A DNA stretch of 64,000 nt, from contig OY760175.1 of the NCBI GenBank assembly GCA_963663165.1, forward strand, positions 4,544,001-4,608,000, in the 5' to 3' direction. This stretch comes from an uncultured Desulfospira sp. (GTDB lineage Bacteria > Desulfobacterota > Desulfobacteria > Desulfobacterales > Desulfobacteraceae). The notes under the pieces were generated by a model that saw only the letters and a program-made list of their open reading frames with translations, was not told the origin of the DNA and ran no database searches. Numbering within the stretch: the first letter of the stretch is position 1; each line of letters begins with the position of its first letter. This document shows, one piece after another, positions 30,218 to 39,206 of the stretch. A program made the translations under genes and the position numbers.

Positions 30218-31345
30218 ATGAACTGCAAACGGTTGATCAAAAATCTGATGTTGACCATGCTTGCCCTGACGGCAGCCGCCTGCTTTACCTGCCCTGCTTT
30301 TTCAAAGGCCGACGTTCCCAGTCTCTATATGGGGTATGTCTTTACCACCCACCACACCCCGTTGATGGTTGCCGCCATTAAAGGAGAAGAACTTAAGGCC
30401 TCGGGCGCTTATCTTTCCGAGATGGTGCCCAAACAAAAATATAAACTCATGGCGGCTGACGGCACCCCTTTGGCGGTCATTAACCTGATCGTATCCAAAA
30501 GCGGGTCAGAAACCGCCACGCTGTTTGCCATGAACCGCCTTGACCTGGGACTGGCCTCCTCTACCGCATTTATGAGCGGCATTGACAAGGGAACGGCCAT
30601 GAAGATCCTGTGCCCCCTTCATGTGGACGGCATGAGCATGGTGTTTCCGGCGGACAGTCCGGTGAACGGCTATGAGGATTTGGCCGCAGCCATCAAAAAT
30701 TCAAAAACCCCGTTCAAGATCGGATACCACTCTCCCACCTCCGCCCCCCGGGTGGTGTTTGAAGGGGCGCTGCATAAGGCCGGGTTTACCATTACCGGTA
30801 ACCCCAATGATGCTGATGCCGATATCCTCATGGTGGATCTTAAAACCACGTCAAACCTGGTCCCGTCACTTTTGAGCAAACAGGTGGACTGCTGGGTCGG
30901 CCCGGCCCCTCACCCGGCAGTGGCCGAATATAAAAAAGTGGGGCATATCGGCCTTGATTCCCGGGACCTTCCCCCCAAGGGCGAGTGGACGGATTTTCCC
31001 TGCTGCGTTTTCGGAACCAGCCAGGACATGATTGACAACCAGCCTCAGATTGTCCAGGCCATGACCGACCTGATGACCTACACGGCCAAGTGGTGCAACG
31101 ATGACAAAAAACAGGCCGCCGACATTTCCGCCGCCTGGATTGGTGTGCCGGCCGCAGCCGTTGAAAAGTCCTCCATCATCTATACCACGGATCCCACAGA
31201 AAACTGGATGAAAGGCGAGGGGATTTTTCTGGACATGCTCAACAGCATGAACAAGTTTAAAGGCCCCTTGAAAGGATCTGATCTTCAAACGGTAACCTCC
31301 CTTCTCTATGATTTTTCTTTTGTAGAAAAAAGCCTTTCCAAATAA
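30218..31345 (+). CDS. ABC transporter substrate-binding protein (SsuA/TauA/NrtA-like)
   Basis: Signal peptide, GYVFTTHH, DFPCCV; adjacent to permease and ATPase genes. Confidence 0.85.
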   Translation: MNCKRLIKNLMLTMLALTAAACFTCPAFSKADVPSLYMGYVFTTHHTPLMVAAIKGEELKASGAYLSEMVPKQKYKLMAADGTPLAVINLIVSKSGSETATLFAMNRLDLGLASSTAFMSGIDKGTAMKILCPLHVDGMSMVFPADSPVNGYEDLAAAIKNSKTPFKIGYHSPTSAPRVVFEGALHKAGFTITGNPNDADADILMVDLKTTSNLVPSLLSKQVDCWVGPAPHPAVAEYKKVGHIGLDSRDLPPKGEWTDFPCCVFGTSQDMIDNQPQIVQAMTDLMTYTAKWCNDDKKQAADISAAWIGVPAAAVEKSSIIYTTDPTENWMKGEGIFLDMLNSMNKFKGPLKGSDLQTVTSLLYDFSFVEKSLSK

Positions 31346-31365
31346 CCGCACAACGCAAAAACTTA

Positions 31366-31399
31366 TCCCCTGCCGGGGTGTTGCCATCCCGGCAGGGGA
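31366..31399 (+). other. Intercistronic GC-rich hairpin (possible mRNA stabiliser or attenuator)
   Basis: TCCCCTGCCGGG...CCCGGCAGGGGA perfect 12-bp inverted repeat with no U-tract. Confidence 0.55.
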
Positions 31400-31413
31400 C
31401 GTCAGGAAATAAT

Positions 31414-32253
31414 ATGAAAGCACGGGTTTTTTCTCCCATTCTTCCTTGGCTTGCACCCCTGCTTCTGGTTGTGGTCTGGATTTTTCTTGCCCACCGGGTC
31501 GGCAATCAGGTTATTCTGCCCAAGGTGGGGCAGGTGGGTGCCATTCTGGCCGCCCCTTTGGATGACCTTATCAGCATGGGGTCCCTGACCGGCAATGTCC
31601 TGGTCAGCCTGGTGCGGGTGTTGATGGGATACTTTCTGGCCGTTCTCGTGGCCATCCCCCTTGGGGTGATGATGGGGTATTACGGCCTTGTTTTTAAATC
31701 CCTGAACGGATTTTTAAATCTGTTCAGGCCCATTCCCCCCCTGGCATGGGTCCCCCTGGTCATGGCCTGGTTCGGCATTTCAAGCTTTGCCACCCTGACC
31801 GGGGTTGAAACCGGCCAGCTGTTTGTCTATCTGGACAATATCAAGCTGGCCATGCTGTTTATTATTTTTGTCGGGGCTTTTTATCCCATTTTGACCTCAA
31901 CCATTCACGGGGTCCGCAATGTCAGCCCCACCCTGATTGATTCGGCAAGGGTGCTCGGGGCGGCCCAAGGCCAGATTTTCAGAAAGGTCCTGATTCCCGC
32001 GGCCATGCCCGCCATCATCACGGGAATGCGCATCGGCCTGGGCATTGCCTGGATGTGTCTGGTCTCTGCTGAAATGCTGCCCGGCTCTTTATCGGGCATC
32101 GGCTATATGATCACCCATGCGTTTACCCTGGCGTCAACAGATATTGTGATTGCCGGCATGATTTCCATCGGATGTGTGGGCGCTCTTATGGATATGATTT
32201 TCAGATGGGTGGAAAGGAAGAATTTTTCATGGTGCAAACAGGCGAACGGATAA
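31414..32253 (+). CDS. ABC transporter permease (SsuC/TauC-like)
   Basis: Multiple TM segments, RPIPPLAWVP, and EAA-like loop LIDSARVLGA. Confidence 0.9.
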   Translation: MKARVFSPILPWLAPLLLVVVWIFLAHRVGNQVILPKVGQVGAILAAPLDDLISMGSLTGNVLVSLVRVLMGYFLAVLVAIPLGVMMGYYGLVFKSLNGFLNLFRPIPPLAWVPLVMAWFGISSFATLTGVETGQLFVYLDNIKLAMLFIIFVGAFYPILTSTIHGVRNVSPTLIDSARVLGAAQGQIFRKVLIPAAMPAIITGMRIGLGIAWMCLVSAEMLPGSLSGIGYMITHAFTLASTDIVIAGMISIGCVGALMDMIFRWVERKNFSWCKQANG

Positions 32254-33041
32254 GCGGCTGTGACTTAGAGGGCATCCGTTTTAACGGGCTGTCAAAGGTA
32301 TACGTCACGGAGAAAGGGGATGATTTACAGGCCCTTCAGGAGATCAGCCTGGATATCCGGCAAAATTCCTTTACATCCATTGTGGGCCCGTCCGGGTGCG
32401 GGAAGTCCACTATCCTGCGGATCGGGGCCGGGCTTGAAAAGGCATCGACCGGGTCGGTGTTTTTCCAGAACTTGCCCGTTGAAAAACCGTGTGCTAAGAT
32501 CGGCCTTGTTTTTCAGGAATACTCCCTTTTCCCCTGGATGTCGGTACGGGACAATGTGGCTGCCGGGCTTGAGTTTGCCGGCATGGCAAAAGAGAAACGG
32601 CGCTCCCGAGCCCTGGCATATCTTAGCATTGTCAATCTTGAGGATTTTAAAGATGCCTTTCCCCATGAGCTTTCCGGGGGAATGAAACAGCGGGTGGCCA
32701 TTGCAAGGGCCCTGGCCAATGAACCGGATGTGCTGCTCATGGACGAGCCCTTTGGGGCCCTGGATGCCCATACCCGGATTTTGCTGCAAAAAGAGCTGTT
32801 GAAAATATGGGAAGTCACCCGCAAAACCATTATCCTGGTGACCCACAGTGTGGATGAGGCTGTTTTTTTGTCTGACACCATTGTGGTGATGACCAGCCGG
32901 CCGGGCCGGATAAAGCAGATTATCGATGTGGATATGGCCCGCCCGAGAAGCCGTGCATTGGGCCGGTTTGGAGAACTGACCGATCAGATACTCAAGGCGC
33001 TTGAGCCCGAGTCCAGCCTGGACCGGGCATCCGGCAACTGA
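32229..33041 (+). CDS. ABC transporter ATP-binding protein (SsuB/TauB-like)
   Basis: GPSGCGKST, LSGGMKQR, LLMDEPFGALD and VTH motifs. Confidence 0.92.
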   Translation: MVQTGERISGCDLEGIRFNGLSKVYVTEKGDDLQALQEISLDIRQNSFTSIVGPSGCGKSTILRIGAGLEKASTGSVFFQNLPVEKPCAKIGLVFQEYSLFPWMSVRDNVAAGLEFAGMAKEKRRSRALAYLSIVNLEDFKDAFPHELSGGMKQRVAIARALANEPDVLLMDEPFGALDAHTRILLQKELLKIWEVTRKTIILVTHSVDEAVFLSDTIVVMTSRPGRIKQIIDVDMARPRSRALGRFGELTDQILKALEPESSLDRASGN

Positions 33042-33068
33042 TGATAAACCCTTATCAAAGGAGTCCAA

Positions 33069-34349
33069 ATGAGTGAAGATTATGTCCCCATGTGGGAAAG
33101 TTTAGGGCTGGATCTGGCAGCCCATGACGCCCTTTTAGGCGTATTGGGACAAGGGTACCAGGACATTTACCTGGCCCAGAAAAACCGCCCTGACGGGATG
33201 GGATACTTTGACTTTGTCATGAGCGAGGTCCACGGGCTGAGGATCAAGGAACTGTTGGACGAAAAAGAGGCGGGGCGGAAAATCATCGGCAGCTATTGCG
33301 TATTTGTCCCTGAAGAGATCGTCCTGGCGGCCGGCGCCACCCTGGTGGGGCTCTGTTCCGGAGCCGATTTTGCCGTTGAAGAAGTCGAAAAGCTGCTGCC
33401 CAGAAACACCTGCTCTTTGATTAAGTCCTCCTTTGGATTTAAACTCGGAAAGGTCTGCCCTTACCTTGAAAGTGCCGACATGATCGTGGGGGAAAATACC
33501 TGTGACGGGAAGAAAAAAGCCTATGAAACACTGGGCGGCATGGTGGACAACCTCTATGTCATGGACCTGCCCCAGGTCAAATCCGGTATGGGCCGGCAGC
33601 TGCTCAAAACCGAGTATGACCGGTTTAAATCCGCCGTGGAGGACCTGACCGGCCATCAAATTACAGCAGAATCCCTTAAAGAGGGCATCCGGGTGGTCAA
33701 TGCAAAACGCTTGGCCCTTCACCGGCTTAATCTGCTCAGGAAAGCCGATCCCGCACCCATCTCCGGGCTGGACGCCCTTTTGGCCAACCAGGTGTTCTTT
33801 TATGACAATCCGGCCCGGTTTACCGAATCCGTCAACAAGATCTGTGACGAGCTTGAGGCACGGGTCAAGGAAAACCAGGGCGCGGTTGCTGCCAAAACCC
33901 CCCGGATCCTGATTTCCGGCTGTCCCATGGCCGTTCCCAACTGGAAACTGCCCTGGATCATTGAAACCTCCGGCGCGGTGATTGTGGGCGAAGAGGCCTG
34001 TGTGGGTGAAAGGGGGACACGGAACCTGACCGATGATTCAGGCGACACTGTGGATGACATGGTGGAAGCCATTGCTGACCGGTATTTTAAGGTGGACTGT
34101 GCCATTTTTACCCCTAATCCGGACCGGGTAAGCCATGTCCGTGAGATGGCCAAAGCCTATGGGGCCGATGGGGTGATCCATTACGGTCTTCAATTCTGCC
34201 AGCCGTATATCATGGAGTCCATCCCCGTGGAAAAGGAACTTGAAAGCCTTGATATCCCCTGTCTCAGGATTGAGACCGATTACGGCATGGAAGACGTGGG
34301 CCAGCTTAAGACCCGGGTGGAAGCCTTTGTTGAACAGATTTCAGATTAG
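33069..34349 (+). CDS. Double-cubane-cluster-containing anaerobic reductase-like protein (DCCP; HAD family)
   Basis: N-terminal MWESLGLDLAAHD...RPDGMGYFDFVMSEVHGLRIKEL; Cys motifs YCVF, TCSLIKS, TCDGKKK, SGCP, EEAC, DCAIF, QFC. Confidence 0.85.
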   Translation: MSEDYVPMWESLGLDLAAHDALLGVLGQGYQDIYLAQKNRPDGMGYFDFVMSEVHGLRIKELLDEKEAGRKIIGSYCVFVPEEIVLAAGATLVGLCSGADFAVEEVEKLLPRNTCSLIKSSFGFKLGKVCPYLESADMIVGENTCDGKKKAYETLGGMVDNLYVMDLPQVKSGMGRQLLKTEYDRFKSAVEDLTGHQITAESLKEGIRVVNAKRLALHRLNLLRKADPAPISGLDALLANQVFFYDNPARFTESVNKICDELEARVKENQGAVAAKTPRILISGCPMAVPNWKLPWIIETSGAVIVGEEACVGERGTRNLTDDSGDTVDDMVEAIADRYFKVDCAIFTPNPDRVSHVREMAKAYGADGVIHYGLQFCQPYIMESIPVEKELESLDIPCLRIETDYGMEDVGQLKTRVEAFVEQISD

Positions 34350-34358
34350 GGTGTTTTC

Positions 34359-35117
34359 GTGATTTGCGCCGGCATTGACATTGGCTCCAGGTCCATTGAA
34401 CTGGTCCTGGTGGAAGAGGGGCGGATCAGGGAAACCCGGCAGACCGATACCGGGTTTGATCCCATTTCCCAGGCCAGAAAACTTATGGACGGCCTTGAAT
34501 ATGAAAAGATCATGGCCACGGGATACGGCCGGAATCTGTTTGAGGTGGCCTTTGAGGACGCGGACACGGTGACTGAAATCAAGGCCCATGCCGCCGGGGT
34601 CCGGTCTGAGTTCCCTCAAGCCCTGTCCATTCTGGATATCGGGGGCCAGGACAGCAAAGCCATCCGCCTAAATGACCAGGGCCGGGTCGTAAAGTTTGAG
34701 ATGAATGACCGGTGCGCTGCCGGAACGGGAAAGTTCCTGGAGATCATGGCCCGGAACCTGGGGTTTACCCTGGAAGGGTTCGGGCCGGCCGCCCTTGCCG
34801 CAGCAAAGGATTTGCAGATCAACAGCATGTGCACGGTGTTTGCCGAGTCTGAGGTCACCTCCCTGATCGCCAAAGGCGAAGACCGCCAGGAAATTGCCCG
34901 GGGGCTTCACTTGAGCGTGGTCAAGCGGGCCGTGGGCATGCTCAACCGGATCTCCTCGGAGGGCCCCATCGTGTTTTCCGGCGGCGTGGCCCAAAACCCC
35001 TGTATCTGTGAGATGGTCGGAAAAGCCCTGGGAAGAGAGGTGCTGGTCCCCAAAGCCCCCCAGATGATGGGGGCCCTGGGCGCGGCCCTGATTATGGAAG
35101 AGCGTTTGAAAGGATGA
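34359..35117 (+). CDS. ATP-dependent [4Fe-4S] activator (acyl-CoA dehydratase activase / DCCP-R, ASKHA family)
   Basis: GIDIGS, ATGYGR, DIGGQDSK, MNDRCAAGTG and SMCTVFAESEV motifs. Confidence 0.92.
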   Translation: MICAGIDIGSRSIELVLVEEGRIRETRQTDTGFDPISQARKLMDGLEYEKIMATGYGRNLFEVAFEDADTVTEIKAHAAGVRSEFPQALSILDIGGQDSKAIRLNDQGRVVKFEMNDRCAAGTGKFLEIMARNLGFTLEGFGPAALAAAKDLQINSMCTVFAESEVTSLIAKGEDRQEIARGLHLSVVKRAVGMLNRISSEGPIVFSGGVAQNPCICEMVGKALGREVLVPKAPQMMGALGAALIMEERLKG

Positions 35118-35124
35118 GGGATGA

Positions 35125-35158
35125 AGGCTGAAGGATGAAACTGCAGGTCCTTCAGCCT
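35125..35158. repeat. REP-like palindrome family A, copy 1
   Basis: AGGCTGAAGGATGAAACTGCAGGTCCTTCAGCCT; 32/34 identical to 37978-38011. Confidence 0.75.
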
Positions 35159-35277
35159 TTGGGAGCGCCCTATCCGGGATATCTGTATCCTTTATAGGGT
35201 CAGAGTAAAATTAATTGTCCAACGGTTGATTCCGCTGGTCCGTTTATCAGTGGCGTTTAAATCCGAAAATTGAGTTT

Positions 35278-36480
35278 TTAAGAATTTTGTTTTTTATGTC
35301 TGTGAATACCGATTATTCCAAGCAGCCCTGAACCCAACAGCCATACAGTGCCCGGAACAGGCACGGCTGAGGCATTAAGGTTTGCAACCCATGCGAATTG
35401 TCCTGAATCCGTGTCGTATAAATTAACCGCATATCCGGTCAGAACGGTTCCGTCTGCAGACATTCCGCAAACCGCAAGCACCCAGCCGGTCAGGTCTATC
35501 CCGGATTCTGCCAGTAATTCATCAAGAAATACCAGGCCGGAATCTTCGCTATACAGAAAGGATCTGATGATATTGTCTCTGGTCACCCCGGCAATAATTG
35601 ATCCATCAGCTGAAACGGCTGTTGCGGAGCTGTAATCATATCCTTCAGGAAACAGGTCGCCTAAGCCTATCATGCCATTCTCCTCCGTCCAGACAAAGGC
35701 TTCACTTTCACCATTCGGGCCGTCTCCGCTGCTGGCTCCCACCACGACCGACCCATCGGGTGTCATGTCATGCGCTTCACTGTAATTACGACCACCCTCC
35801 AGATCCCCAAGGGATTGGATAACGCCGTTTTTCCAGATCACCGCTTCGGTGCCGCCAGCCTCTCCGGCACCGTTACCGAGAATGATCGATCCGTCGTCGG
35901 AAATCCTTATGGCCTCACCTCTGAGGTCTCCTCCGGACAAATCACCGAGAACCGTCATATTCCCTTGTGCATCCCACATGACCGCCTCTTTTTCATTGTT
36001 TTCATATGTGACCTGACCAACGAGAGTCGAGCCGTCTGATGTCATTCCTTTTACGGTGGCATATTTTACTGAGCCGGATTCCAGTGTAACCGCACCTGTG
36101 GATTCACTCCATTTATAGGCGTCATTGCCAATTCCTCCGGCAATCACCGAACCATCGGAAGAAACAGCATAGGCGACACCTGCATCGGCCAAACCTCCGG
36201 GGATGGTCATGCCGGATGATGAAGACCATTTTACGGGAGCACTCGGCAACATTACAGAGTAATCACTGCTAATATATGTAGCCTGCCCCACCACGGTAGA
36301 GCCGTCGGCTGATACATCCCAACCGGTGGCATTTGTCCATGTTGGAATTATAGCTTCACCGAAGAAGGTGAACTCTGCTGCGTGGGAACTACCGGGCACC
36401 AACACCGTTAAGACTGCAAAAGAAACAGCGCAAGCCAATAAGTGTTTGGTCATAATTTTGACATCTGTTACGGTTTTCAT
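35278..36480 (-). CDS. PEP-CTERM-type sorted surface protein with HAF-like beta-propeller repeats
   Basis: Signal peptide; repeated VSADGSxxxG/AxxW/LGDL units; C-terminus VPVPGTVWLLGSGLLGIIGIHRHKK. Confidence 0.88.
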   Translation of the reverse strand: MKTVTDVKIMTKHLLACAVSFAVLTVLVPGSSHAAEFTFFGEAIIPTWTNATGWDVSADGSTVVGQATYISSDYSVMLPSAPVKWSSSSGMTIPGGLADAGVAYAVSSDGSVIAGGIGNDAYKWSESTGAVTLESGSVKYATVKGMTSDGSTLVGQVTYENNEKEAVMWDAQGNMTVLGDLSGGDLRGEAIRISDDGSIILGNGAGEAGGTEAVIWKNGVIQSLGDLEGGRNYSEAHDMTPDGSVVVGASSGDGPNGESEAFVWTEENGMIGLGDLFPEGYDYSSATAVSADGSIIAGVTRDNIIRSFLYSEDSGLVFLDELLAESGIDLTGWVLAVCGMSADGTVLTGYAVNLYDTDSGQFAWVANLNASAVPVPGTVWLLGSGLLGIIGIHRHKKQNS

Positions 36481-36558
36481 TTTAAAAAGTTCCTTTCAAA
36501 TTTAAGTTAATTAGATGAGTTGCAAAGTCGCAAACGCGACAATAAAACATCACGCCGC

Positions 36559-37491
36559 TCAATGGCATGATGGTACAGCTTGCTGTTTAATAAATTTTCT
36601 ACGCAGGCACGATAATCCGGCCAAACCTGACCCAAGCAGCCAAATGGTGCCTGGAACGGGCACCGGAGCCGGCGAGGTGGAAAAAACATAAATTGAATCG
36701 CAGTCACTGCCGCCGCTTATGGCATTTCCGGCATTGTCTTTGGCCCCTTGTCCCGTTACCAGGATGTAAGAAAACCACTCCAGCCCTGTTAAAGAGGGGT
36801 CATCATCATCAGGATCCATCCAATTGCCTGCGAAATAAGCGGTAGACATATCAAAAGCGTCCCCGCCGGCCAAACCGGTTGAAGTTGCGGTTCCATTCCC
36901 GTCAAACTCAAGGGGTGCCCCCGGAGAAACCAGGCCGCTGCCGTTGCCGGGGGTGTGGTCAAAGGTCTGGTGGGTGCCGCTGACGCTGGCGTAATAATAC
37001 GGCTCATAGTCAAAAATGGCCGGAAGCGCCCACCAGAGGTTTCCGTCCTGGCTCAGGTATATGGTGCCGGGCTCACTGAAAGACCCCGGTCCGCCATAGG
37101 CATAAAAGGCGTTCCCCCAGACAATACCGTCATAACCGCCCGGATTGGTCGGGTCGTTGTTTACCTGTAAAGTGTTGCCGTATTCATCGGTAAAGCCAAG
37201 AATCACCCAGCTGTCTTCATTGTAGTTCATGGTTACAATGCTGCTGTGAACCGGCGCGTGTCCGTTCTGACTTTCCGGGATGGGACCGAGCAGATTGTGG
37301 GCATCACTCCAGGATCCGTCTGAGATGAAATTGCCGCTGCCGTCTTTATATTGATCCGATGCGTTGATTAACGTATTGGCCCACATGCCTCCCCGTTCCG
37401 CATCTTCTGGCAGATACGTGAGGGCCAGGCTGTTGGTGATGCTTAACAGTAAGAATAATGCTGAAACATGTATTGTTTTCAGAATAGTCAT
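36559..37491 (-). CDS. PEP-CTERM-type sorted surface protein
   Basis: Start MTILK after AAGGA; signal peptide; C-terminus VPVPGTIWLLGSGLAGLSCLRRK. Confidence 0.85.
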   Translation of the reverse strand: MTILKTIHVSALFLLLSITNSLALTYLPEDAERGGMWANTLINASDQYKDGSGNFISDGSWSDAHNLLGPIPESQNGHAPVHSSIVTMNYNEDSWVILGFTDEYGNTLQVNNDPTNPGGYDGIVWGNAFYAYGGPGSFSEPGTIYLSQDGNLWWALPAIFDYEPYYYASVSGTHQTFDHTPGNGSGLVSPGAPLEFDGNGTATSTGLAGGDAFDMSTAYFAGNWMDPDDDDPSLTGLEWFSYILVTGQGAKDNAGNAISGGSDCDSIYVFSTSPAPVPVPGTIWLLGSGLAGLSCLRRKFIKQQAVPSCH

Positions 37492-37651
37492 ATCTCTTAT
37501 CCTTTTTGGGGTAAGGACGAGATATAAGGCGGGAATCACGGGATGGTCGGTCCCGGTCAGGGTTGATTAAAGTGCGGATATACGCTAAATTATCAGAATC
37601 TGTTTTATTTAAAAACAGATGTTGCGCCTTCGTTCTCGTCGGTGCATAAAT

Positions 37652-37700
37652 AGAAGGCCTGCAAGGCGTCTTGGCGGAGGCATGCAGGCCTTCTTTCTTT
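37652..37700. terminator. Intrinsic-terminator-like hairpin, possibly bidirectional
   Basis: AGAAGGCCTGCA...TGCAGGCCTTCT 12-bp stem, followed by TTCTTTT on + and ATTTAT on -. Confidence 0.6.
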
Positions 37701-37977
37701 TATTTGGTTAAAAAATTTGATGGACCGCGCCACCTCCTTATATGATTCAGGAATACGATGAAGAAAACGGCCCGGTTATCTACCCATGCCGGGCTATCCA
37801 TAACATTTCCAGAGCTGCTTCACTGCAAATTTTTTCAACACAATATATACACATTTCAATGTGCCTGTCTCGGATTTATTTGCTGTTTTTTAGGACTTTC
37901 TTGCGGTAAACTATGTTTATTTTTTGAGATTGACGGGTTTTTATGATTTTGGGCTTAATGATGATAGTCCACAAGAA

Positions 37978-38011
37978 AGGCTGAAGGATGAAAATGCACG
38001 TCCTTCAGCCT
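37978..38011. repeat. REP-like palindrome family A, copy 2
   Basis: AGGCTGAAGGATGAAAATGCACGTCCTTCAGCCT. Confidence 0.75.
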
Positions 38012-38029
38012 AAATCCCTGGCTATCCCC

Positions 38030-38203
38030 GTATTTGAATGAAAACTTGCTTGAGGTACAAGGCGTAACCTAAAGGTCAGAAATCAGGAAAAGTTGCAACC
38101 TTAAGCAACCTTGAAGGTTGTGAGGATTGCAACTTTTCCGTCAACGCTATAGAGGATGATCGGCATTTTGAGCTGAAGCCCCTCTATCGAGCCGTTCAAA
38201 TAC
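38030..38203. mobile_element. MITE-like intergenic element family B, copy 1 (174 bp)
   Basis: Terminal inverted repeat GTATTTGAA...TTCAAATAC. The interior CAAGGCGTAACC-AAAGGTCAGAAA-CAGGAAAA...GGTTGTGAGGATT is shared with 52807-52950. Confidence 0.7.
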
Positions 38204-38778
38204 TACCAGTTTTCGCAGAGCAGCTCGAAATAAGTGTTTGGCTTAACACAGGCCGGGCACTTGTCCGGGGCCGCTGCACCGTGATGAATATACCCGCAGC
38301 TCAAACAGCGCCAGGTCTGTTCCTCTTCCCTGGCAAAGGCCCGGTTTTGGGCAATATTGGCTGCCAGCTGCCGGTACATTTTTTCATGGTGAACTTCCGA
38401 CACACTGATGGCGTTCCAGGTGTCCGCTGCCCGTTGAAACCCTTCCTGTTCGGCAACGGCAGCAAATCCCGGATAAAACTTTGAATGAACCGAGAGTTCA
38501 AGCTCTGCCGCTGAGATCAGGTTGGCCCGGGTATCCAGGATCACCCCGGTCGGAAACGTCCAGGTGCTTTCAAGCTCCCCGCCGTTGAAAAATTTGAAGA
38601 ACCGCAGGGCATGCTCATATTCCTGGGCCGCGGTCTCGTCAAAAATTTTGGCGATCTGGGCATACTTTTCATCCCGGGCCTTCTGGGCAAAAAAATTATA
38701 CCGGGTCCGGGCCTGGGCCTCTAAGGAAAAGGAAATCAGCAGGTTCTTTGCCGTCCGGCTCTCCTTGAATTTTCCCAT
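38203..38778 (-). CDS. rbr: Rubrerythrin
   Basis: EAQARTRY, EYEHA and EVHHE diiron motifs plus a C-terminal rubredoxin-like WRCLSCGY...CPAC. Confidence 0.92.
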   Translation of the reverse strand: MGKFKESRTAKNLLISFSLEAQARTRYNFFAQKARDEKYAQIAKIFDETAAQEYEHALRFFKFFNGGELESTWTFPTGVILDTRANLISAAELELSVHSKFYPGFAAVAEQEGFQRAADTWNAISVSEVHHEKMYRQLAANIAQNRAFAREEEQTWRCLSCGYIHHGAAAPDKCPACVKPNTYFELLCENW

Positions 38779-38781
38779 GGG

Positions 38782-38973
38782 TTAATCCTCGATGATGATG
38801 GCGTCTGCCCCGCATTCATCAGCGGCCTGGCGGACAATGCTTTCCAGGTGTTCGGGAATGGGGTCCATTTTTACCTTGGAGAGCAGATCATCTTCATCAT
38901 ACTCAAATACTTCCGGACAAAGGTTGTTGCAGTTTCTGTCGCCCATGCACTGTTTGGTGATTGTGACTTTCAT
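38782..38973 (-). CDS. Single-cluster ferredoxin
   Basis: CMGDRNCNNLCPEVF...ECGADAI; strong AGGAGG upstream. Confidence 0.88.
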   Translation of the reverse strand: MKVTITKQCMGDRNCNNLCPEVFEYDEDDLLSKVKMDPIPEHLESIVRQAADECGADAIIIED

Positions 38974-39206
38974 TTTTTCCCTCCTGTTTGCTGTTACAAT
39001 TAATCTGCCTGTTCAAAAAAAATTAGGGCCTGCAGTGGAAAAAAGCATTAAGGAAAAATTGCCCAACATTATGGTCTGTCTTTCTTTTATTAAAACCAAC
39101 ATCAAAAAACCGGGCCATTCTGTACAGGACATATAAGTCCTTTCTGCCAAAGCAGGTGTGTGGGGGGATGAAACACCAGAGATTATAACCATCAAACAAT
39201 GGGTTT

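Noticed and set aside
37492..37900. Cobalamin riboswitch or sigma-54 promoter upstream of the PEP-CTERM pair
   Set aside because: No B12-box or GCCACTG core found; AGGCACATTGAAATGT lacks the -12 GC.
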